Shown piece after piece: positions 1 to 11,260 of a stretch of DNA of 64,000 bases (positions are counted from its first letter, which is position 1; each line of letters opens with the position of its first letter). The DNA is taken from NCBI RefSeq assembly GCF_009914755.1, contig NC_060943.1. One strand, written 5' to 3'. The notes beneath the pieces were generated by a model that worked only from the letters and a program-made list of their open reading frames with translations, ran no database searches and had not been told where the DNA came from. The position numbers and the translations under genes are program-made. This DNA comes from the human T2T-CHM13v2.0 reference genome, Homo sapiens.

Positions 1-70
1 TTTACACAGAGCAGACTTGAAACACTCCTTTTGTGGAATTTGCAAGTGGAGATTTCAGCCGCTTTGAGGT

Positions 71-87
71 CAATGGTAGAATAGGAA
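71..87 (+). promoter_or_regulatory. pJalpha-type (A) box position in the alternate monomer
   Basis: CAATGGTAGAATAGGAA follows TTTGAGGT exactly 171 bp upstream of the CENP-B box and resembles the A-monomer pJalpha motif. Protein binding is not demonstrable from sequence. Confidence 0.65.
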
Positions 88-115
88 ATATCTTCCTATA
101 GAAACTAGACAGAAT

Positions 116-284
116 GATTCTCAGAAACTCCTTTGTGATGTGTGCGTTCAACTCACACAGTTTAACCTTTCTTTTCATAGAGCAGTTGGGAAACACTCTG
201 TTTGTAAAGTCTGCAAGTGGATATTCAGACATCCTTGAGGCTTTCGTTGGAAACGGGATTTCTTCATATTCTGCTAGAAAGAAG
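116..284 (+). repeat. Representative 169-bp B-type (CENP-B-box-bearing, J2-like) alpha monomer
   Basis: Runs from GATTCTCAGAAACT at 116 to the next monomer start AATTCTCAGTAACT at 285. It contains the CENP-B box at 242-258. Confidence 0.9.
242..258 (+). promoter_or_regulatory. CENP-B box (first of 188 box positions, one per dimer)
   Basis: TTTCGTTGGAAACGGGA matches YTTCGTTGGAARCGGGA, including the essential TTCG/A/CGGG core. It repeats at 582, 922, 1262 and onward. By eye 22 copies have a core mutation. Confidence 0.95.
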
Positions 285-289
285 AATTC
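284..289. other. EcoRI site, once per dimer (defines the classical 340-bp EcoRI alphoid dimer)
   Basis: GAATTC within GAAGAATTCTCAG recurs every ~340 bp. It is lost at 4363-4368 (GATTTC). Confidence 0.9.
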
Positions 290-455
290 TCAGTAACTTC
301 CTTGTGTTGTGTGTATTCAACTCACAGAGTTGCACGATCCTTTACACAGAGCAGACTTGAAACACTCTTTTTGTGGAATTTGCAAGTGGAGATTTCAGCC
401 GCTTTGAGGTCAATGGTAGAATAGGAAATATCTTCCTATGGAAACTAGACAGAAT
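285..455 (+). repeat. Representative 171-bp A-type (pJalpha-box, J1-like) alpha monomer
   Basis: Runs from AATTCTCAGTAACT at 285 to GATTCTCAGAAACT at 456. It carries CAATGGTAGAATAGGAA (411-427) at the position homologous to the CENP-B box. Confidence 0.88.
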
Positions 456-3400
456 GATTCTCAGAAACTTCTTTGTGATGTGTGCGTTCAACTCACAGAG
501 TTTAACCTTTCTTTTCATAGAGCAGTTAGGAAACACTCTGTTTGTAAAGTCTGCAAGTGGATATTCAGACCTCCTTGAGGCCTTCGTTGGAAACGGGATT
601 TCTTCATATTATGCTAGACAGAAGAATTCTCAGTATCTTCCTTGTGTTGTGTGTATTCAACTCAGAGAGTTGAACGATCCTTTACACAGAGCAGACTTGA
701 AACACTCTTTTTGTGGAATTTGCAAGTGGAGATTTCAGCCGCTGTGAGTTCAATGGTAGAATAGGAAATATCTTCCTATAGAAACTAGACAGAATGATTC
801 TCAGAAACTCCTTTGTGATGTGTGCGTTCAAGTCACAGAGTTCAACCTTTCTTTTCATAGAGCAGTTGGGAAACACTCTGTTTGTAAAGTCTGCAAGTGG
901 ATATTCAGACTTCTTTGAGGCCTTCGTTGGAAGCGGGATTTCTTCATATTCTGCTAGACAGAAGAATTCTCAGTAACTGCCTTGTGTTGTGTGTATTCAA
1001 CTCACAGAGTTGAACGATCCTTTACACAGAGCAGACTTGAAACACTCTTTTTGTGGAATTTGCAAGTGGAGATTTCAGCCGCTTTGAGATCAATGGTAGA
1101 ATAGGAAATATCTTCCTATAGAAACTAGACAGAATGATTCTCAGAAACTCCTTTGTGATGTGTGCGTTCAACTCACAGAGTTTAACCTTTCTTTTCATAG
1201 AGCAGTTAGGAAACACTCTGATTGTAAAGTCTGCAAGTGGATATTCAGACCTCCTTGAGGCCTTCGTTGGAAACGGGATTTCTTCATATTATGCTAGACA
1301 GAAGAATTCTCAGTAACTTCCTTGTGTTGTGTGTATTCAACTCACAGAGTTGAACGATCCTTTACACAGAGCAGACTTGAAACACTCTTTTTGTGGAATT
1401 TGCAAGTGGAGATTTCAGCCGCTTTGAGGTCAATGGTAGAATAGGAAATATCTTCCTATAGAAACTAGACAGAATGATTCTCAGAAACTCCTTTGTGATG
1501 TGTGCGTTCAACTCACAGAGTTCAACCTTTCTTTTCATAGAGCAGTTGGGAAACACTCTGTTTGTAAAGTCTGCAAGTGGATATTCAGACTTCTTTGAGG
1601 CCTTCGTTGGAAGCGGGATTTCTTCATATTCTGCTAGACAGAAGAATTCTCAGTAACTTCCTTGTGTTGTGTGTATTCAACTCACAGAGTTGAACGATGC
1701 TTTACACAGAGGAGACTTGAAACACTCTTTTTGTGGAATTTGCAAGTGGAGATTTCAGCCGCTTTGAGGTCAATGGTAGAATAGGAAATATCTTCATATA
1801 GAAACTAGACAGAATGATTCTCAGAAACTCCTTTGTGATGTGTGCGTTCAACTCACACAGTTTAACCTTTCTTTTCATAGAGCAGTTAGGAAACACTCTG
1901 TTTGTAAAGTCTGCAAGTGGATATTCAGACCTCCTTGAGGCCTTCGTTGGAAACGGGATTTCTTCATATTATGCTAGACAGAAGAATTCTCAGTAACTTC
2001 CTTGTGTTGTGTGTATTCAACTCACAGAGTTGAACGATCCTTTACACAGAGCAGACTTGAAACACTCTTTTTGTGGAATTTGCAAGTGGAGATTTCAGCC
2101 GCTTTGAGTTCAATGGTAGAATAGGAAATATCTTCCTATAGAAACTAGACAGAATGATTCTCAGAAACTCCTTTGTGATGTGTGCGTTCAACTCACAGAG
2201 TTCAACCTTTCTTTTCATAGAGCAGTTGGGAAACACTCTGTTTGTAAAGTCTGCAAGTGGATATTCAGACTTCTTTGAGGCCTTCGTTGGAAGCGGGATT
2301 TCTTCATGTTCTGCTAGACAGAAGAATTCTCAGAAACTTCCTTGTGTTGTGTGTTTTCAACTCACAGAGTTGAACGATCCTTTACACAGAGCAGACTTGA
2401 AACACTCCTTTTGTGGAATTTGCAAGTGGAGATTTCAGCCGCTTTGAGGTCAATGGTAGAATAGGAAATATCTTCCTATAGAAAGTAGACAGAATGATTC
2501 TCAGAAACTCCTTTGTGATGTGTGCGTTCAACTCACAGAGTTTAACCTTTCTTTTCATAGAGCAGTTAGGAAACACTCTGTTTGTAAAGTCTGCAAGTGG
2601 ATATTCAGACCTCCTTGAGGCCTTCGTTGGAAACGGGATTTCTTCATATTATGCTAGACAGAAGAATTCTCAGTAACTTCCTCGTGTTGTGTGTATTCAA
2701 CTCACAGAGTTGAACGATCCTTTACACAGAGCAGACTTGAAACACTCTTTTTGTGGAATTTGCAAGTGGAGATTTCAGCCGCTGTGAGTTCAATGGTAGA
2801 ATAGGAAATATCTTCCTATAGAAACTAGACAGAATGATTCTCAGAAACTCCTTTGTGATGTGTGCGTTCAAGTCACAGAGTTCAACCTTTCTTTTCATAG
2901 AGCAGTTGGGAAACACTCTGTTTGTAAAGTCTGCAAGTGGATATTCAGACTTCCTTGAGGACTTCGTTGGAAGCGGGATTTCTTCATATTCTGCTAGACA
3001 GAAGAATTCTCAGTAACTGCCTTGTGTTGTGTGTATTCAACTCACAGAGTTGAACGATCCTTTACACAGAGCAGACTTGAAACACTCTTTTTGTGGAATT
3101 TGCAAGTGGAGATTTCAGCCGCTTTGAGGTCAATGGTAGAATAGGAAATATCTTCCTATGGAAACTAGACAGAATGATTCTCAGAAACTTCTTTGTGATG
3201 TGTGCGTTCAACTCACAGAGTTTAACCTTTCTTTTCATAGAGCAGTTAGGAAACACTCTGTTTATAAAGTCTGCAAGTGGATATTCAGACCTCCTTGAGG
3301 CCTTCGTTGGAAGCGGGATTTCTTCATGTTCTGCTAGACAGAAGAATTCTCAGAAACTTCCTTGTGTTGTGTGTTTTCAACTCACAGAGTTGAACGATCC

Positions 3401-6400
3401 TTTACACAGAGCAGACTTGAAACACTCCTTTTGTGGAATTTGCAAGTGGAGATTTCAGCCGCTTTGAGGTCAATGGTAGAATAGGAAATATCTTCCTATA
3501 GAAACTAGACAGAATGATTCTCAGAAACTCCTTTGTGATGTGTGCGTTCAACTCACAGAGTTTAACCTTTCTTTTCATAGAGCAGTTAGGAAACACTCTG
3601 TTTGTAAAGTCTGCAAGTGGATATTCAGACCTCCTTGAGGCCTTCGTTGGAAGCGGGATTTCTTCATGTTCTGCTAGACAGAAGAATTCTCAGAAACTTC
3701 CTTGTGTTGTGTGTTTTCAACTCACAGAGTTGAACGATCCTTTACACAGAGCAGACTTGAAACACTCCTTTTGTGGAATTTGCAAGTGGAGATTTCAGCC
3801 GCTTTGAGGTCAATGGTAGAATAGGAAATATCTTCCTATAGAAACTAGACAGAATGATTCTGAGAAATCCTTTGTGATGTGTGCGTTCAACTCACAGAGT
3901 TTAACCTTTCTTTTCATAGAGCAGTTAGGAAACACTCTGTTTGTAAAGTCTGCAAGTGGATATTCAGACCTCCTTGAGGCCTTCGTTGGAAACGGGATTT
4001 CTTCATATTATGCTAGACAGAGGAATTCTCAGGAACTTCCTTGTGTTGTGTGTATTCAACTCACAGAGTTGAACGATCCTTTACACAGAGCAGACTTGAA
4101 ACACTCTTTTTGTGGAATTTGCAAGTGGAGATTTCAGCCGCTTTGAGTTCAATGGTAGAATAGGAAATATCTTCCTATAGAAACTACACAGAATGATTCT
4201 CAGAAACTGCTTTGTGATGTGTGCGTTCAACTCACAGAGTTCAAGCTTTCTTTTCATAGAGCAGTTGGGAAACACTCTGTTTGTAAAGTCTGCAAGTGGA
4301 TATTCAGACTTCTTTGAGGCCTTCGTTGGAAGCGGGATTTCTTCATATTCTGCTAGACAGAAGATTTCTCAGTAACTTCCTTGTGTTGTGTGTATTCAAC
4401 TCACAGAGTTGAACGATCCTTTACACAGAGCAGACTTGAAACACTCTTTTTGTGGAATTTGCAAGTGGAGATTTCAGCCGCTTTGAGGTCAATGGTAGAA
4501 TAGGAAATATCTTCCTATAGAAACTAGACAGAATGATACTCAGAAACTCCTTTGTGATGTGTGCGTTCAACTCACAGAGTTCAACCTTTCTTTTCATAGA
4601 GCAGTTGGGAAACACTCTGTTTGTAAAGTCTGCAAGTGGATATTCAGACTTCTTTGAGGCCTTCGTTGGAAGCGGGATTTCTTCATGTTCTGCTAGACAG
4701 AAGAATTCTCAGAAACTTCCTTGTGTTGTGTGTATTCAACTCACAGAGTTGAACGATCCTTTACACAGAGCAGACTTGAAACACTCTTTTTGTGGAATTT
4801 GCAAGTGGAGATTTCAGCCGCTTTGAGGTCAATGGTAGAATAGGAAATATCTTCCTATAGAAACTAGACAGAATGATTCTCAGAAACTCCTTTGTGATGT
4901 GTGCGTTCAACTCACAGAGTTTAACCTTTCTTTTCATAGAGCAGTTAGGAAACACTCTGATTGTAAAGTCTGCAAGTGGATATTCAGACCTCCTTGAGGC
5001 ATTCTTTGGAAACGGGATTTCTTCATATTATGCTAGACAGAAGAATTCTCAGTAACTTCCTTGTGTTGTGTGTATTCAACTCACAGAGTTGAACGATCCT
5101 TTACACAGAGCAGACTTGAAACACTCTTTTTGTGGAATTTGCAAGTGGAGATTTCAGCCGCTTTGAGGTCAATGGTAGAATAGGAAATATCTTCCTATAG
5201 AAACTAGACAGAATGATTCTCAGAAACTCCTTTGTGATGTGTGCGTTCAACTCACAGAGTTCAACGTTTCTTTTCATAGAGCAGTTGGGAAACACTCTGT
5301 TTGTAAAGTCTGCAAGTGGATATTCAGACTTCTTTGAGGCCTTCGTTGGAAGCGGGATTTCTTCATGTTCTGCTAGACAGAAGAATTCTCAGAAACTTCC
5401 TTGTGTTGTGTGTTTTCAACTCACAGAGTTGAACGATCCTTTACACAGAGCAGACTTGAAACACTCCTTTTGTGGAATTTGCAAGTGGAGATTTCAGCCG
5501 CTTTGAGGTCAATGGTAGAATAGGAAATATCTTCCTATAGAAAGTAGACAGAATGATTCTGAGAAACTCCTTTGTGATGTGTGCGTTGAACTCACAGAGT
5601 TTAACCTTTCTTTTCATAGAGCAGTTAGGAAACACTCTGTTTGTAAAGTCTGCAAGTGGATATTCAGACCTCCTTGAGGCCTTCGTTGGAAACGGGATTT
5701 CTTCATATTATGCTAGACAGAAGAATTCTCAGTAACTTCCTTGTGTTGTGTGTATTCAACTCACAGAGTTGAACGATCCTTTACACAGAGCAGACTTGAA
5801 ACACTCTTTTTGTGGAATTTGCAAGTGGAGATTTCAGCCGCTGTGAGTTCAATGGTAGAATAGGAAATATCTTCCTATAGAAACTAGACAGAATGATTCT
5901 CAGAAACTCCTTTGTGATGTGTGCGTTCAAGTCACAGAGTTCAACCTTTCTTTTCATAGAGCAGTTGGGAAACACTCTGTTTGTAAAGTCTGCAAGTGGA
6001 TATTCAGACTTCCTTGAGGCCTTCGTTGGAAGCGGGATTTCTTCATATTCTGCTAGACAGAAGAATTCTCAGTAACTGCCTTGTGTTGTGTGTATTCAAC
6101 TCACAGAGTTGAACGATCCTTTACACAGAGCAGACTTGGAACACTCTTTTTGTGGAATTTGCAAGTGGAGATTTCAGCCGCTTTGAGGTCAATGGTAGAA
6201 TAGGAAATATCTTCCTATAGAAACTAGACAGAATGATTCTCAGAAACTCCTTTGTGATGTGTGCGTTCAACTCACAGAGTTCAACCTTTCTTTTCATAGA
6301 GCAGTTGGGAAACACTCTGTTTGTAAAGTCTGCAAGTGGATATTCAGACTTCTTTGAGGCCTTCGTTGGAAGCGGGATTTCTTCATATTCTGCTAGACAG

Positions 6401-6459
6401 AAGAATTCTCAGTAACTGCCTTGTGTTGTGTGTATTCAACTCACAGAGTTGAACGATCC

Positions 6460-9400
6460 TTTACACAGAGCAGACTTGAAACACTCTTTTTGTGGAATTT
6501 GCAAGTGGAGATTTCAGCCGCTTTGAGGTCAATGGTAGAATAGGAAATATCTTCCTATAGAAACTAGACAGAATGATTCTCAGAAACTCCTTTGTGATGT
6601 GTGCGTTCAACTCACAGAGTTCAACCTTTCTTTTCATAGAGCAGTTGGGAAACACTCTGTTTGTAAAGTCTGCAAGTGGATATTCAGACTTCTTTGAGGC
6701 CTTCGTTGGAAGCGGGATTTCTTCATGTTCTGCTAGACAGAAGAATTCTCAGAAACTTCCTTGTGTTGTGTGTTTTCAACTCACAGAGTTGAACGATCCT
6801 TTACACAGAGCAGACTTGAAACACTCCTTTTGTGGAATTTGCAAGTGGAGATTTCAGCCGCTTTGAGGTCAATGGTAGAATAGGAAATATCTTCATATAG
6901 AAACTAGACAGAATGATTCTCAGAAACTCCTTTGTGATGTGTGCGTTCAACTCACAGAGTTTAACCTTTCTTTTCATAGAGCAGTTAGGAAACACTCTGT
7001 TTGTAAAGTCTGCAAGTGGATATTCAGACCTCCTTGAGGCCTTCGTTGGAAACAGGATTTCTTCATATTCTGCTAGACAGAAGAATTCTCAGTAACTTCC
7101 TTGTGTTGTGTGTATTCAACTCACAGAGTTGAACGATCCTTTACACAGAGCAGACTTGAAACACTCTTTTTGTGGAATTTGCAAGTGGAGATTTCAGCCG
7201 CTTTGAGTTCAATGGTAGAATAGGAAATATCTTCCTATAGACACTAGACAGAATGATTCTCAGAAACTCCTTTGTGATGTGTGCGTTCAACTCACAGAGT
7301 TCAACCTTTCTTTTCATAGAGCAGTTGGGAAACACTCTGTTTGTAAAGTCTGCAAGTGGATATTCAGACTTCTTTGAGGCCTTCCTTGGAAGCGGGATTT
7401 CTTCATATTCAGCTAGACAGAAGAATTCTCAGTAACTTCCTTGTGTTGTGTGTATTCAACTCACAGAGTTGAACGATCCTTTACACAGAGCAGACTTGAA
7501 ACACTCTTTTTGTGGAATTTGCAAGTGGAGATTTCAGCCGCTTTGAGGTCAATGGTAGAATAGGAAATATCTTCCTATAGAAACTAGACAGAATGATTCT
7601 CAGAAACTCCTTTGTGATGTGTGCGTTCAACTCACAGAGTTTAACCTTTCTTTTCATAGAGCAGTTAGGAAACACTCTGTTTGTAAAGTCTGCATGTGGA
7701 TATTCAGACCTCCTTGAGGCCTTCGTTGGAAACGGGATTTCTTCATATTATGCTAGACAGAAGAATTCTCAGTAACTTCCTTGTGTTGTGTGTATTCAAC
7801 TCACAGAGTTGAACGATCCTTTACACAGAGCAGACTCGAAGCACTCTTTTTGTGGAATTTGCAAGTGGAGATTTCAGCCGCTTTGAGGTCAATGGTAGAA
7901 TAGGAAATATCTTCATATAGAAACTAGACAGAATGATTCTCAGAAACTCCTTTGTGATGTGTGCATTCAACTCACACAGTTTAACCTTTCTTTTCATAGA
8001 GCAGTTAGGAAACACTCTGTTTGTAAAGTCTGCAAGTGGATATTCAGACCTCATTGAGGCATTCTTTGGAAACGGGATTTCTTCATATTCTGCTAGACAG
8101 AAGAATTCTCAGTAACTTCCTTGTGTTGTGTGTATTCAACTCACAGAGTTGAACGATCCTTTACACAGAGCAGACTTGAAACACTCTTTTTGTGGAATTT
8201 GCAAGTGGAGATTTCAGCCGCTTTGAGTTCAATGGTAGAATAGGAAATATCTTCCTATAGAAACTAGACAGAATGATTCTCAGAAACTCCTTTGTGATGT
8301 GTGCGTTCAACTCACAGAGTTCAACCTTTCTTTTCATAGAGCAGTTGGGAAACACTCTGTTTGTAAAGTCTGCAAGTGGATATTCAGACTTCTTTGAGGC
8401 CTTCGTTGGAAGCGGGATTTCTTCATGTTCTGCTAGACAGAAGAATTCTCAGAAACTTCCTTGTGTTGTGTGTTTTCAACTCACAGAGTTGAACGATCCT
8501 TTACACAGAGCAGACTTGAAACACTCCTTTTGTGGAATTTGCAAGTGGAGATTTCAGCCGCTTTGACGTCAATGGTAGAATAGGAAATATCTTCCTATAG
8601 AAAGTAGACAGAATGATTCTCAGAAACTCCTTTGTGATGTGTGCGTTCAACTCACAGAGTTTAACCTTTCTTTTCATAGAGCAGTTAGGAAACACTCTGT
8701 TTGTAAAGTCTGCAAGTGGATATTCAGACCTCCTTGAGGCCTTCGTTGGAAACGGTATTTCTTCATATTCTGCTAGACAGAAGAATTCTCAGTAACTTCC
8801 TTGTGTTGTGTGTATTCAACTCACAGAGTTGAACGATCCTTTACACAGAGCAGACTTGAAACACTCTTTTTGTGGCATTTGCAAGTGGAGATTTCAGCCG
8901 CTTTGAGTTCAATGGTAGAATAGGAAATATCTTCCTATAGAAACTAGACAGAATGATTCTCAGAAACTCCTTTGTGATGTGTGCGTTCAACTCACAGAGT
9001 TCAACCTTTCTTTTCATAGAGCAGTTGGGAAACACTCTGTTTGTAAAGTCTGCAAGTGGATATTCAGACTTCTTTGAGGCCTTCGTTGGAAGCGGGATTT
9101 CTTCATATTCTGCTAGACAGAAGAATTCTCAGTAACTTCGTTGTGTTGTGTGTATTCAACTCACAGAGTTGAACGATCCTTTACACAGAGCAGACTTGAA
9201 ACACTCTTTTTGTGGAATTTGCAAGTGGAGATTTCAGCCGCTTTGAGGTCAATGGTAGAATAGGAAATATCTTCCTATAGAAACTAGACAGAATGATTCT
9301 CAGAAACTCCTTTGTGATGTGTGCGTTCAACTCACAGAGTTCAACCTTTCTTTTCATAGAGCAGTTGGGAAACACTCTGTTTGTAAAGTCTGCAAGTGGA

Positions 9401-11260
9401 TATTCAGACTTCTTTGAGGCCTTCGTTGGAAGCGGGATTTCTTCATGTTCTGCTAGACAGAAGAATTCTCAGAAACTTCCTTGTGTTGTGTGTTTTCAAC
9501 TCACAGAGTTGAACGATCCTTTACACAGAGCAGACTTGAAACACTCATTTTGTGGAATTTGCAAGTGGAGATTTCAGCCGCTTTGAGGTCAATGGTAGAA
9601 TAGGAAATATCTTCATATAGAAACTAGACAGAATGATTCTCAGAAACTCCTTTGTGATGTGTGCGTTCAACTCACAGAGTTTAACCTTTCTTTTCATAGA
9701 GCAGTTAGGAAACACTCTGTTTGTAAAGTCTGCAAGTGGATATTCAGACCTCCTTGAGGCCTTCGTTGGAAACAGGATTTCTTCATATTCTGCTAGACAG
9801 AAGAATTCTCAGTAACTTCCTTGTGTTGTGTGTATTCAACTCACAGAGTTGAACGATCCTTTACACAGAGCAGACTTGAAACACTCTTTTTGTGGAATTT
9901 GCAAGTGGAGATTTCAGCCGCTTTGAGTTCAATGGTAGAATAGGAAATATCTTCCTATAGACACTAGACAGAATGATTCTCAGAAACTCCTTTGTGATGT
10001 GTGCGTTCAACTCACAGAGTTCAACCTTTCTTTTCATAGAGCAGTTGGGAAACACTCTGTTTGTAAAGTCTGCAAGTGGATATTCAGACTTCTTTGAGGC
10101 CTTCCTTGGAAGCGGGATTTCTTCATATTCAGCTAGACAGAAGAATTCTCAGTAACTTCCTTGTGTTGTGTGTATTCAACTCACAGAGTTGAACGATCCT
10201 TTACACAGAGCAGACTTGAAACACTCTTTTTGTGGAATTTGCAAGTGGAGATTTCAGCCGCTTTGAGGTCAATGGTAGAATAGGAAATATCTTCCTATAG
10301 AAACTAGACAGAATGATTCTCAGAAACTCCTTTGTGATGTGTGCGTTCAACTCACAGAGTTTAACCTTTCTTTTCATAGAGCAGTTAGGAAACACTCTGT
10401 TTGTAAAGTCTGCAGGTGGATATTCAGACCTCCTTGAGGCCTTCGTTGGAAACGGGATTTCTTCATATTATGCTAGACAGAAGAATTCTCAGTAACTTCC
10501 TTGTGTTGTGTGTATTCAACTCACAGAGTTGAACGATCCTTTACACAGAGCAGACTTGAAACACTCTTTTTGTGGAATTTGCAAGTGGAGATTTCAGCCG
10601 CTTTGAGGTCAATGGTAGAATAGGAAATATCTTCATATAGAAACTAGACAGAATGATTCTCAGAAACTCCTTTGTGATGTGTGCGTTCAACTCACACAGT
10701 TTAACCTTTCTTTTCATAGAGCAGTTAGGAAACACTCTGTTTGTAAAGTCTGCAAGTGGATATTCAGACCTCCTTGAGGCATTCGTTGGAAACGGGATTT
10801 CTTCATATTCTGCTAGACAGAAGAATTCTCAGTAACTTCCTTGTGTTGTGTGTATTCAACTCACAGAGTTGAACGATCCTTTACACAGAGCAGACTTGAA
10901 ACACTCTTTTTGTGGAATTTGCAAGTGGAGATTTCAGCCGCTTTGAGTTCAATGGTAGAATAGGAAATATCTTCCTATAGAAACTAGACAGAATGATTCT
11001 CAGAAACTCCTTTGTGATGTGTGCGTTCAACTCACAGAGTTCAACCTTTCTTTTCATAGAGCAGTTGGGAAACACTCTGTTTGTAAAGTCTGCAAGTGGA
11101 TATTCAGACTTCTTTGAGGCCTTCGTTGGAAGCGGGATTTCTTCATGTTCTGCTAGACAGAAGAATTCTCAGAAACTTCCTTGTGTTGTGTGTTTTCAAC
11201 TCACAGAGTTGAACGATCCTTTACACAGAGCAGACTTGAAACACTCCTTTTGTGGAATTT
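6460..11260 (+). repeat. Older duplication at 2,720-bp (8-dimer) offset; ~6460-8540 matches ~9180-11260
   Basis: Shared rare markers at +2720: AACAGGA box (7041/9761), TATAGACACTAG (7241/9961), CTTCCTTGG box (7381/10101) and ATTCAGCT (7411/10131). Confidence 0.8.

Noticed and set aside
301-315. TGTGTTGTGTGT as a microsatellite
   Set aside because: It is a fixed-length part of the monomer with no length variation among units.
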